Source: Octopus bimaculoides (Eukaryota). From it: 64,000 nucleotides of DNA. The notes under the pieces were generated by a model. That model was given only the letters and a program-made list of their open reading frames with translations. It was not told the DNA's origin and made no database searches. The stretch covers positions 55,701,335 to 55,765,334 of the forward strand of contig NC_068993.1 of assembly GCF_001194135.2 (NCBI RefSeq), read 5' to 3'. Shown here one piece after another: positions 27,597-40,968 of the stretch (position 1 is the first letter of the stretch; the number at the start of each line of letters is the position of its first letter). The position numbers were made by a program, and so were the translations under genes.

Positions 27597-27776
27597 TTAT
27601 TTAGTCACATGAGCGCCATTTCGATGGATAACTTCAAAAACCCTATTAGTCATGGAATCTGTCAATTCCTTAATAGTGGCAGATTGGACTGCCTCTGCTG
27701 CAGCTTTGATGGTTGCCCATAAGACAGGTTTTGACATAAATTAGCATCCATCAGCATAAACATCTTGTTTAATGAT
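27597..27776 (-). mobile_element. C-terminal fragment of a Tc1-type transposase
   Basis: The minus strand reads IIKQDVYADGC*FMSKPVLWATIKAAAEAVQSATIKELTDSMTNRVFEVIHRNGAHVTK*, a typical Tc1 C-terminus (L..SM..R...VI...G). Confidence 0.75.
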
Positions 27777-27777
27777 G

Positions 27778-27850
27778 TCACCATCCTGGTAATGTGCACT
27801 TGGAAAGAGGTATCATCACTCATGTCAATACCCAGGTCCGTCACTGATGT
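27778..27850 (-). mobile_element. CR1/L2-type LINE reverse transcriptase fragment
   Basis: TSVTDLGIDMSDDTSFQVHITRMV matches the ..DLG(I/V)..D..L.F..HI motif after the RT domain. Confidence 0.65.
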
Positions 27851-27899
27851 GGTTGGGAAGCAAGGTTCTCACCACACAGCCACTCCTGCACCTATATAT

Positions 27900-28440
27900 A
27901 TACATTTTATTACTGTCATTACTTTAATACATATATATTTTTTCATGAGTGTTAACATTAACACCACTATCCTCTTTCCCGACTTTCTTACTGCCACCTT
28001 CCCATTTCCATGCCTTCTCACACAATTCAATTACACCACTACACCAACTTCCCACACCTATACTATCCCACACAGTCACACTCAATAACTGCACACTTTA
28101 CATAATTACACACATTCCCCTGCAAGAAAAAACACATGCACACACCTTCCCCTTACACTACTTTCAATACCTGGATACACTCTTTGTGTGTACTCCTTCC
28201 TTGCTCCTTTCCTACCTCTCCTATAGAACCACCTTCCCACCTGGCTCCTAACCCTAACCCTAATCCTTTTTTTCTTCCTCCTTTAGTCTTTATCTTTTTC
28301 TCTCAATCATTCTTCTGATGAAGGACCAATATCTGAAACATGTCACTGTTTACTTTCTTTTTAAATGTTAAACCAATACAACTTTTAACCAACCTTGTCC
28401 TTCCCGTGTTGTTTTCTTTTGTGTTCATTACTTTCCTAAT
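27900..28440 (+). mobile_element. Probable Penelope-like element 3' remnant
   Basis: A pyrimidine-rich body ends in ctgatga...gaaac..gtc (hammerhead-like), followed by a T-rich tail. Confidence 0.45.
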
Positions 28441-29315
28441 ATTTGCATGTGTGTGTGCATAGGCAAGTGTACAGGTGTTGCCTGGTCAGATAGAGCAAAA
28501 CAATAAACTCTGTTTTCAACACATGAAGGCTGGACACCAATATATTGCTGATGCTATATTATCAACCATCCCCAAACCACAACTCAGAGACTTAACTTTT
28601 AGATCAAATGGTCACTGCTACTCTTAGTCTTAGGTCTGTCACAGGCCTATAGGCTCATTAGGCTGGAGTACATTCATGGCATATAACAGTATAAATTCTC
28701 TCCTGAACAGAATGACAGACCATTTCAGGGAGTGGACTGGAGCAATGTAAAAATGAAGTGTTATCCTCAAGAACACAACAAGCTACCCAGTCAGGGAATC
28801 AAAACTATGGTTGTCAGTCCATGATGATGATGATGATGAGGATGATAATGGTTTCAAATTTTGGCACAAGACTTGTAAGTTCAGGGGAAGGAGTAAGTCA
28901 ATTACATTGACCCCCAGAGCTCAATTGGTGTTTATTTTATTGACCTGAAAAGGGATGAAAGGCAAAGTTGACCTGAGTGGAATTTGAACTCAGAATGTTA
29001 AGTTGGATGAAATGTTTACCAATGCAGGTATAATAATTACAGAGGGGATCTCCTGGTCACAGACAGTCTACAGAGAATTTACAAACCATTACACTAAGCT
29101 GTAATAACGACCATGATGATGACGATAATAATAAGGTTGACTGCACTTTTCCAACAATCCAGAGAAAGCACTTAGGAAAATAAAAACGAATATACAAATA
29201 CATATGTGTGTGTATGCGTGTGTTCGTGTGTGTGTGTGTGTGTGTGTGTGTATAAACAATCTGATTGAAAAGATATACATTATATACACAATGTATACGG
29301 GTGTGTGCGTGTATT

Positions 29316-29351
<36 letters not shown>

Positions 29352-30037
29352 GTATTTATTTATATAAATTGAAAAGAGCAAGTTGTATCAAAAGACAAGC
29401 AAGAGTGAACAAAACACCTGTATTTAATGTTAAGTGAAGCTTTCTCTGTGTATATGAGAAAAAAAAAGGGGGAAATAAAACATAAAAAAGTTATAATCTA
29501 GATATCAGCTGGTGTAAATAATAAAATGGAGTATAATGTATATTTGAGCATACTATTGTACAGAGTAATATAGTTCAATGTACATAAGTGTGGGAATGAA
29601 ATTCGCTTAGGGGGTGCCAACCCAACTTTTCAGGAGGATATTCAAAGCGTATTCATTGCCTACCAAAAATTTTAGAGGGTCCACTTGCACCCCATGCACC
29701 CAGTTCCTGAGCCCATGTCAATGTAATACATACAATACAGAGTAATGAAAGATATAGTATGTTACAGTATAATCAGTATAACACAATATAGTATAGTTTA
29801 GTAATGCACTACAACATGATATATAGTGTAATACAATACGGTACTTATAGTATAGTATAATACCTGCCACAAAGTCCAGTCTTTGTTGCAGTATAGGGGC
29901 TAGTGTGCCTCAATGACTCTGAGAGCTGTACCTGTAGAGCACAAACTCCAGATAGGCCCTCTATGCTGGACAAGTCAAAGGATAGAGGTCAGGCTAATAT
30001 GAATCACCTCTTCCCAGAGGTTAAAAAGTAAGTTTAC

Positions 30038-30181
30038 ATAGGGTCAAAATATAGGTTTGCAAAGGGCCAATATGTAGGTTTACACAGGGCCAAGATGTAG
30101 GTTTGCATAGGGCCAAGGCGTAGGTTTGCATAGGGCCAAGATATAGGTTTCCATAGGGCCAATCGCCTATGCTTCATAGGG
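30038..30181. repeat. 23-bp minisatellite, about 6 units (atagggccaagatgtaggtttgc)
   Basis: Units start at 30038, 30061, 30084, 30107, 30130 and 30153. The last unit diverges in its 3' half. Confidence 0.92.
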
Positions 30182-30543
30182 AACAAAGGGCTGAAGTGAA
30201 TAACAATATAATGCAGTACACTACAATATAGCAAAATATAAATACAATAGTTTAATGTAGTAAAATACGGTATGCTATATACAGTACGGTACAACATGAT
30301 ATAGTACATTTATAATATAGTGTTTGGAATATAGAACAGCTGTTTTGAAGCCCTAACTGTTAGGGCAACATGACCCACTATAAAAGTAGGAGGTAACCGT
30401 CACTCTTTTTCTGGTAAGGTTCAGCCCATACTGGGTACATTGGGCATCTTCTGTCAAACTGTGTCTAAAGTTGCACAACAGTGGCATGGTGGTGGAGAAG
30501 GAGAGAGTGAGGGATAGAGAGGTGGTGGCAGCTATGGGATATA

Positions 30544-30608
<65 letters not shown>

Positions 30609-30953
30609 NNNNNNNNNNNNNNNNNNNNNNNNNNNNNNNNNNNNNNNNNNNNNNNNNNNNNNNNNNNNNNNNNNNNNNNNNNNNNNNNNNNNNNNNNNNN
30701 NNNNNNNNNNNNNNNNNNNNNNNNNNNNNNNNNNNNNNNNNNNNNNNNNNNNNNNNNNNNNNNNNNNNNNNNNNNNNNNNNNNNNNNNNNNNNNNNNNNN
30801 NNNNNNNNNNNNNNNNNNNNNNNNNNNNNNNNNNNNNNNNNNNNNNNNNNNNNNNNNNNNNNNNNNNNNNNNNNNNNNNNNNNNNNNNNNNNNNNNNNNN
30901 NNNNNNNNNNNNNNNNNNNNNNNNNNNNNNNNNNNNNNNNNNNNNNNNNNNNN

Positions 30954-31002
<49 letters not shown>

Positions 31003-31533
31003 CATGTATGTATATGTATATATTTGTTTACAAACTTACAAAGAAATAAAAAAAACCTTCACCAGCAAGTAACACAACATACACAAACATATACATTTAT
31101 AAGCATGAGTGTTCACACCTAGACACACACCAGTCTTATTGTTATTTGTTTTTGTTATCAGACTATAAGCTAACTTGCAATAAAAAAAGTGATTATAGAA
31201 GGCTGAAATGATTTATTGTTGAAGTAGAACGACTTTTGTAAAAGGAGAAGGTATATGGGTGAAACAGGGTGTAGAGAGGGTGTTTTATAAGACTTTGTAG
31301 TAAGGTAAAAATAAACACTGATTTCCAAATATTAAATGTTTACATGGTGGTATGTACTGTAGTTAAAGAAATAATGCAGGAAATATGAAATAGTGTTGGA
31401 AAATGTGAAATGGTGTAGAAAATATGGAAATAGTGTTGGAAATTTGAAATAGTATAGTAAAATGTGAAATAGTGAATATGTGAAAGAACCTGTTATGTGA
31501 AATGGTGTTATAATTCTTTCTACTATAGGCACA

Positions 31534-32273
31534 GTGGAGGCGCAATGGCCCAGTGGTTAGGGCAGCGGACTCGCGGTCATAGGATAGCGGTTTCGATTCC
31601 CAGTCCGGGCATTGTGAGTGTTTATTGAGCGAAAACACCTAAAGCTCCATGAGGCTCCGACAGGGGATGGTGGCGAACCCTGCTGTACTCTTTCACCACA
31701 ATTTTCTCTTACTCTTACTTCCTGTTTCTGTTGTGCCTGTAATTCAAAGGGCCAGCCTTGTCACACTGTCACGCTGAATATCCCCGAGAACTACATTAAG
31801 GGTACACGTGTCTGTGGAGTGCTCAGCCACTTGCACGTTAATTTCACGAGCAGGCTGTTCCGTTGATCGGATCAACTGGAACCCTNNNNNNNNNNGGCGC
31901 AATGGCCCAGTGGTTAGGGCAGCGGACTCGCGGTCATAGGATAGCGGTTTCGATTCCCAGTCCGGGCATTGTGAGTGTTTATTGAGCGAAAACACCTAAA
32001 GCTCCATGAGGCTCCGACAGGGGATGGTGGCGAACCCTGCTGTACTCTTTCACCACAATTTTCTCTTACTCTTACTTCCTGTTTCTGTTGTGCCTGTAAT
32101 TCAAAGGGCCAGCCTTGTCACACTGTCACGCTGAATATCCCCGAGAACTACATTAAGGGTACACGTGTCTGTGGAGTGCTCAGCCACTTGCACGTTAATT
32201 TCACGAGCAGGCTGTTCCGTTGATCGGATCAACTGGAACCCTCAACGTTGTAAGCGTCGGAGTGCCAACAACA
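31534..32273 (+). mobile_element. Young tRNA-derived SINE, shown twice across a 10-N gap (probably one real copy), inserted into an older SINE
   Basis: A-box tggcccagtggttag and B-box gtttcgattcc. 31539-31885 equals 31896-32242 exactly. The target duplication is tataggcaca (31524-33) / tataagcaca (32274-83). The flanks are the two halves of a minus-strand aaggtggtgag-family SINE. Confidence 0.9.
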
Positions 32274-33323
32274 TATAAGCACAAGGCTAGAAAGGTACCT
32301 GGTTGATTACATCAACCTTGGCATCCAACTGGTACTTATTTTATCAACCTTGAAAGAATGAAAGGCAAACTTGAACTTGGTGGCATTTGAACTCAGAACT
32401 TAATGAGTTGGAAGGAATACTTCTAGGTATTTTATCTGATGCTCTAACAATTCTGCACACTCATAATGATATGTGAAATAACAGAGGAATATGCAAAATA
32501 GTGAAGCAGTCACCGAATATACACACTGATATAAACAACTAAATCAACTTCCAGATGTACTGAGATTAACACTGGAACAAAATGTCTCAAACGAATGGAA
32601 TTAGTGCCTTTTCGCACAGGATTAAGTACTACAAATAAAGTGATACAACTACAATTGGGATTGTGCACACCAGGAAGGAGTGTTCATATGTTGCAGTGGT
32701 ATTCTAGACAACTTAAACATTTCAAATGCCATACTTCAACCTGGTTAGAGTTTATCAATATTTAGACCCAAGTCTAAACTTCGATTATCTAAACTTATGA
32801 TCAATAGTATTCCAGCTGCGAATACCCATTTTTTAAGGGCTATGACAGGAATTATATTATCCAATTAAGGCAGAAGTTTGCTTTCCCTAGTTAAGACAGA
32901 GGTTTGAAATTTGAGGAAGACTTGGCAGCTATTCCTAGCAAGTCAATTACTGGCTGGAGATATCTATTACTATTAGCCTGAGATGATCTTCAATGAAATG
33001 TGTTATAACCTCACCTATGGCTAGGAAATCAACTTAGCTGTAAAATGGTTATGAAATCAGCTTAGAAGTTAGGAGTTCAAGTCTACCATAATTATTGCCT
33101 TAATTTTTCATTCTATGTGACTCAGTTGAGCTAACTGTAAGAAATAGAGAATCTTACTCCAGTTACAGATGTCTTCTTATCCAGCAGCACATTTGCCCCA
33201 TCTGTTTAATATCATAACACTGAAACTCAGTACCTTAAAAGATCTTCGAGTCTTTGGAGAGATTTGCATTTATTTTAAGCTGTATGTCAAGGTATACTGT
33301 GGTTCCCCCATTTCAAAAATTAT

Positions 33324-33370
<47 letters not shown>

Positions 33371-34534
33371 TGATATTAGGGAATACTAAACAAGTTAAGC
33401 AATTATATAGTTGCCCCCTTGCTAGCTCATTTGATTCAATAATATACTGAAGACAAACATGTAAACTAAACTAATTTCTCATCCTACTTAAAAAATAGCC
33501 ATCTCAACACCCCGACCTCCTCCACACTCTGTGATATGAGTGTGGAGGGATGAAAAAGAAAATTGATGAGTGGGTGAGATTAGAATTTTGCAGAATTAGT
33601 AAGAATCATTAAATACATCAAGTGAAAACAAAATCAGCAAGCAGCTCAACGAATCAACTGATGTTTCAAACAACAGTCAATTACTCATATTTGGAAGTCA
33701 TGTTTATAAAAAGAACATCAAGTGTTTTTTTTGTTCTGTAATCAACCTGATATAACAACCAAAACAGCTGATGTGTTTGAGATGATTCAATTTTTCTCTG
33801 ATCACTCTGAATTATCCAGGAGATTTAACAAGGTCTATTTGTATGGATGGAAATCATGCTCTAATAGGCAAGAAACCTTGATTCTTTGCTCGGGTCTAAG
33901 AGAAAGCTCTACATGTGTTCACTACATGTTGTATTCTGCATGACACAGTTCTGGTATCCAAAACACTGTTCTAGTAATAAACTTTGAAAAAAAAAAAGCA
34001 AAAAATAATTGTTCTAATAATAAATAAGTTTGTTTCTCTTTGGGGGAACCAATTCTACTATTTTCCTCAACCAAGTCACAACACCAATTTTATCTGTGGG
34101 AGTGTATATAATCAAAATAATAAACACCTTTCATATACTTCTCTGAAATAAAAAGTCACTTCCCACCATCATACCCTGTCAGAACTCAACCTGTCTTGAG
34201 ACAAACAAACATTTGTATTCCTCCTGTCCTCTTTTTGCTAATCAACTATGGCATACTACCAGTACCTATTTACATAAATCACAGAATATTCTATGTCAAA
34301 GATAATAGCAGCTGGGATTGAACTGAGAAATTCAACATCATAATCTAGATATTGTAATTGGGATATATAAGGATTAGTCACATCCTACATTTTTCAGAAA
34401 AATGTGTGTATGTGTGTATATATATATATATATACGTGGTCACCAGTTGTCTTTGCTGTTTAATCACAGTTCAAAGACGTTCCAACTGTAACCATTCTGT
34501 CTTTTATTCAATCTTAATATATTGATGTCTACAT

Positions 34535-34900
34535 GACCATCATCATCATTTAGTGTCTGTTTTCCATGCTGGCATGGGGTGGATGGTTTGACAGGAGCTG
34601 ACCCGCCGAAGTGCTGTTCAGGCTCCATGTCTGTTTTTTTTATATGGCACCAGCACCTATGAGATTAGGGATGCTCAGTTGGAGGGAGTCGCAGAAGACA
34701 AGCCTGTATGCAAGGGCAACCACCAAAGTAAACAGCCAGGAATCTCAGTCCCCTCTGTGAGTCCCAACATCTGTAGATCCTTTCTCACAACTTCATCCAA
34801 TACATGTCCTTTTAGACTACAATGTGTGATTTGATAGAAATTTCCCTGCTGTTTATAGCAGGTCAAGTAGAGGCTCTTTAATAGAATGTACACATGGTTC
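34535..34900 (-). mobile_element. RTE-type LINE C-terminal fragment plus a (GAT)-tail repeat
   Basis: HVLDEVVRKDLQMLGLTE resembles the RTE C-terminal W.EVVRKDL..LGL motif. A (GAT)n-tailed repeat lies at 34535-34660. Confidence 0.65.
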
Positions 34901-35285
34901 ATAGGTAGTTGTTATAACACATATGCACAATATAAACTTCTGTAGCTCTAATTCAATTACCATGTTTTGCACCAGTGTTAAGAAGTGTTTGTGTGTTTTC
35001 ACAGCAAATTTATATGAAGAATATTGAGACAAGAAGAGTTGTCACTGCTGTAAGTAATTAAGGATTGACTAATTACCGGTAGTCAGTCATTTGAACTGCG
35101 AAAGATCTTAACAGCATATTCTATTGATGTTAAGTGCCAGCTGAATATCTCAACAAACTTGTTTACAATATTGGAGGAGTTACACAGAACTATGACTTTC
35201 ATTAGCAGACATAGATCTCAATGAAAAGAAGGAATGAAAGGACGAAAGTTATAATAAGGAAGAAAGATGAAAATAGACAGCCAAG

Positions 35286-35321
<36 letters not shown>

Positions 35322-35429
35322 NNNNNNNNNNNNNNNNNNNNNNNNNNNNNNNNNNNNNNNNNNNNNNNNNNNNNNNNNNNNNNNNNNNNNNNNNNNNNNN
35401 NNNNNNNNNNNNNNNNNNNNNNNNNNNNN

Positions 35430-35499
<70 letters not shown>

Positions 35500-35607
35500 A
35501 TAGATTTTATTTATACACACATATATAAATACACACACATCTATACATACACATACATACATGCACATACACGGATATCTATATATATTTGATACTATTT
35601 TTATATT

Positions 35608-36120
35608 CTGAAATGCCCTGGAGGACCTTTAGAGGTATTAGATAGTGTCTGTTATCTAGGTGACCTAATTAGCAGTGGAAGAGGATGTTCTGAAAGTATA
35701 GTAGCCAGTGTAAGAACAAGCTGGAGGAAGTTCAGAGAGCTACTACTTCTGCTGGCAACAAAAAGGTTTCTCTCTCAGAGTGAAAGACACACTATATGAT
35801 ACAAACTGCAGCACTAAATGGTAGTGAGACATGGGCCCTGAATGAAGAAGACTTGCAAAGACTGGAAAGAAATGAAGCAAGTATGCATCCCAGCATATGC
35901 AGTGTCAGTTTGCAATGAATGACAAAGTACAGATGTGTTGAGAGAAAAACTTGGCATACGAAAAATCAGATGTAGTGTACAAGAAAGAAGATCGTGTTGG
36001 TATGGGCATGAAATGCATATAGATGAGGGCAGCTGTATAAAGAGGTACAGATTGTTTACAGTGGGTGGAATCTGTGGAAGAGGGCGACTAGGAATGATGT
36101 AGGACAAAGTAGTGAAGGCC
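35608..36120 (+). mobile_element. RTE-clade LINE, C-terminal part of ORF2 (decayed)
   Basis: LEVLDSVCYLGDLISSGRGCSESIVASVRTSWRKFRELL...NGSETWAL..EDLQRLERNE...LREKLGIR...WYGH, with frameshifts. Confidence 0.88.
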
Positions 36121-37155
36121 AAGCTCTTCAGTGAAACGTGTCAGGTCATGGAAAGATGATACCTTACTGGGGAAACAGGTGAGGTTTGCAACAGAAAGGG
36201 CATCCAGCTGTAGAATGACTGTCTCAGCAGATTCTGTGAAACCCATGCAAACACGGAAGAGTACACTTGAATACTATACATCACATCATTTCAATATGTT
36301 CAATTAAAGTGCTTTCAAATTTATAATTTATTATATAGACTCATAGGGCTGGTTCCCCAATTTCCATGGCATGCATATTCCCCACCTGTCTGTCACAGGA
36401 TTACTCATTTTTGCCAGCTAAATGAAGTGTTTTGTTCAAGAATACGTGTTGCTTAGTCCAGGATTTGAAACCACAATTTTACGATCACAAGTCCTACATT
36501 CTAAGCACTAAGCTACCTCCCTCTACTGATATGGCCAAAACAATGCAAGTCTTCCTGTTTTCTTTTGGCAGTTCACTTTGTAATTTATCTCGCATTATTT
36601 TGGCTCTTTATCTTACGAGCTTATCTAATTTAATATCTCACAATGTTTCGCCCTATTCTATTTTAATATATATGTATGTTTGTATGTATATATTTATGTG
36701 TGCGCGTGTGTGTGTGTGTGTGGAATCATTGCTCTTCACTGTTGTCATTAATACCTTGTGAAAAGTATCTGCTCCACAACATCCCATAAGGCCGTGTGCC
36801 TAGTCATTGTGTGTAAAGAAACATTTGACATACACGCATACATAATGTGTAGAGATTCATATCTGTGTAAACATACAGAGAAAATAGTAAAAGAAAATTT
36901 TATTGGGATGAGTCAAAATGACAGAAGTACAAAGACTGGAGCTATGAGTCATACCCAGGTTTCACTGGTGATGTCCCTTCAAACTGACTGTCTGCTGTGT
37001 GTGTCTGTGTGTGTGTGTGCATAAGTAAGTACTCACGAACCCATACACAACACCTATGTGCATCTATGTAAGCACATGCACGTACACATGCACACACACT
37101 GACACCCATATACAGCAAATAAATACATATATCTAAATAAACATACTCACATGTA

Positions 37156-37203
<48 letters not shown>

Positions 37204-40200
37204 TACACACACGTTTATACATACACATACAGAGAAGCATTGAAATACACACATAATCGTAGACCTGTACATACATACACAATACACACATACCCAGTCC
37301 AAAAGAGAAAGAACACATACACTCCTATATTTTGGCTGAGGTAAAAGTTAAAAAAAAAAATAATCACCGTCACAATATCTTATTGTTACTATTGTTGTTT
37401 TCAGGTCGAGGAGTGATTCAATCCTGATTGGAGGCGGTTTTTATAAGTACTCATGTAGATTTAAGTTGGAGAACACACTATCTACACAGTGTAGGCTAAC
37501 ACATACATACACACATACAAAACAATGTAGTGAGTCAAAGAGAATTTTTAATCTAATGAAATTACACTCGCAATGAGTAAAGTCACCTGTGTTAAGACAA
37601 TTCTCATTAAGAGGGGCAAGAGAGAAAACTTCGAAATGTAAATTGATTAAAAATTAAATGGAGACATGCAGTGGAGAATGCATCTCATCTTTGGTAGTTT
37701 GGATGATAATGCCAGATATGTTGCTCAGGGGAGGGGAGCAGAGAGGAGAGAGAGAGAAAGAGAGAGAGAGAGAAAGAGAGGGGGGGAAGTTACATGAGAA
37801 ATGCCACAAGGAAGGCATAAACGTCACAACATCTTTTACTCTTTTAATTAGAAAATAACCAGTAAGGGTGTGCAACACTCATACACAATATATTTTATGA
37901 TGTGGGGGTGAGCGTAAAGGCTTGGATGTGAGAGTTGCTCAAGTGTATGTACACACACAAACCACACACTCCCATCACATACGTCTATAGTAGGCTGCGA
38001 CATATGTAATACACTGAGTTGAAAAACTTAGATTATTTGAAATTATCCCTGTGATTAGTGGACATAAACTTCCTCTTGAGGTGTTTAAAATCCAAGAACA
38101 ATAAACAAGGGAAATAACTCCAACAAGATTGGTTGATTGAAATTTCTTGACAATGGAGTTAATGTGGATGTGAGTAGATTTGGCTTTTAAATCTCACTGG
38201 TGAGAGCAGTGGACAAAATGCGATTCTACCAGACTTTCTAAGCAAAGCAACACTCTATTCAGCTAACAAACCCAAGGGTAATCAGTATGTGTGTGTGTGT
38301 GTGTGTGACTGTTCCTTAGCATGACATCATGTGATAGTTGTAAGCAAGTATGAAAGATAGATAGACAGACAGAGACAAATGTCGAGAATGTAGTGATGCT
38401 GATTATAAATGGCTGAAGGAAACTCTCTTTGGTGCATTCTACACATTAAATACAAATACTGTAGTCTCATTAAAAAAAAAAAAAAAAAAAACGTCAGTTG
38501 ACTGCAATTAGCAGAGAAACAGTCTAGAAAAGTTTTTTTTTTTAATCTAAAGAACAAGTAAGGGAAATAACTCCAGGGAGATCAGTTGACTGAAATATTT
38601 GGAAATCATAGGTAAGGTAGGTGTGTAGATATCCTTAAATTGAACTGATAAAGGCAACAGACACATTTCATTCGCAGCAGACCTCTTCAGTGAAGTCCAT
38701 TTCACTCAGTAAGACCAAGAGTGATTAGTGTTTCTAAAAATGTATGGAGAATAGTGACACACACACACAATACTTGTACACAATTATGCACACAGACATC
38801 ACCATTCACACACCAGATCACGTATAAGCTTATTGCAGTGGGTATATATCCAAATATATGCCTGATTATACACAGACGTATTTACATACATAGACACATA
38901 CAACAGCAGCTGGTGCGTCCACACCTACAAAATACAGGGGCATATGCGCAAATATAAACAAATGCATACAGAAGTGCACATACAAAATTCCACACTAACT
39001 TTAAAAAATGGTTATCAACAACACTGAGATATACACACATACAAACGCCCTATCCAACATATATACACTAAACAGACACCACATACACATACGTAACACA
39101 CCACCACACACACTTGCAGCACCCTAAACAGTGCGCATCACCCGTACAATCATCGTCACTAATAAGTCACCTGATACAACCAACTCGATGATTTCATCCT
39201 AACGTAAGTTTCACAACTGATCACATCACACAGCAGACATAGAAGATGCGTTTGATGACAGAAGGAAAATATGGAAATGTGGTCTGGCAGCGATACACTA
39301 TAGTAATGGTTGCTTGATTATTAATGTTGCTGTAGCTATTGTTGTTGCTTCAGAACTTCGCAAGTAATATAATTCAACATAGAATTCAGTTGCTTTCGCA
39401 TGTCAAAGAATTCGTACCACAATATCTAAAAGATAATTCAGCACACTTTTCATACACACACCATCTCTTACATTCTCCTATCCTTTCTTGCTTAGTGAGC
39501 AGGAGAACAGTACCCACAGTCCTCTCCAAGGCCATATATACAGTTGGAGAAAGGGAAGGCGGGAGATAATCTCAAACTGAAGGCCTGATCCGAATGCTTG
39601 CGAAAAAGTACAATTCGCTAAAGACATGCAAGGACCACAACATAAACCACTTTTATGCATACAAACGCACACATCCCTATTCCTATAAATACATGTCTTT
39701 TGCAGAAACATGCATCTGTCTCTATCACGCGTCTATATTTCTTCTCCACACATGCATACATATGGACACACACTCCCTACCTCCCTGTATCTCGACTACA
39801 CATATACCCCTCACTTCTACCATACACACCCATATATCTTCTATATTATTGACAGACACGCAAACAATCTCCCTCTTCTTACATTACACAGGACAGCCTC
39901 CCCATTCTCTCTCTATATATATCATAACCTCGCATTACCCCTGCCTCTCTACATTTGAGGGGCGTCCACAGACCAACGTTGTTGACACTCCCTCTGTCAT
40001 ATTTAAACTAACAACATCAACAACAATACTTTTTAAACATAGGCACAAGGCAACAAAATTGGTGGGGAGGAGTGAGGAATAGTCGATGAAATCTCACTAG
40101 AATTGCATTGGCATTTATTTTATGGACCATGGAAGAATGAAAACAAAAGTTAACCTGAAAATTGCAATGATGACAATAAAGAAATACTATTTTTTAAATA

Positions 40201-40278
40201 GCGTATCGTTTTCTTTCATCCTGCATGTATCTATCTATATAGTAAACATACGTGTAAATGTCTGTTCATGAACATTAC

Positions 40279-40342
<64 letters not shown>

Positions 40343-40968
40343 TATATATATATTTATACACGTGTATATAAGTGTGCAGCTAAATAGGCGTGTGTATTAT
40401 ATGCGAGTTTATGCATACACAAACACACATACACAGAGATAGTGCGTATGGTAAAGTACAGGTAGCTCCAGAGCTCACAGCGAGATAAAGTGTGTAGTGG
40501 TATAATCAGTGCTGGAGAGAAAGACGGAGGTGGTTACATATACACATAATACACACACACACACACAGATTATAAGGAAAAAAGAGAAAGAGAAAGAGAA
40601 AAATAATACAATGTAAACACAGAGTAAATATAAATGAATACATCTATATAAAAAATAAAAACATGAAATGGTTGTGACAACCGCTATTTGTCGCTCTCAG
40701 TGTATTCTTCATATTCCTGCACACAAAATAAGGAAAGGAAAAAAATATGCTTTTACTCTCCGAAGTCGAACTCCAATTAAAGAGTAAGGCCTGCAAAGAA
40801 ATTTGCATCAGAAAATCCAAAAACTCTTGTCTTCGGCGAGGCTACAGTGCTGATAAGTAATTTCAACACGGGAGTGTGGGGGTGTCAATCGGTAATGAAA
40901 GTGGGAAGATAAAAAGGATAAGTTAAAAGGAAGATAGGAAAATATAACAGAAAATAATCTCTTCTCAC

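Noticed and set aside
31539-31612. tRNA-like sequence with A and B boxes
   Set aside because: No proper acceptor stem or cloverleaf. It is the head of a multi-copy SINE.
33150-33290. Minus-strand GTAAG donor with SPKTRRSFK peptide reminiscent of CABLES
   Set aside because: The frames contain stops between the plausible acceptor and donor.
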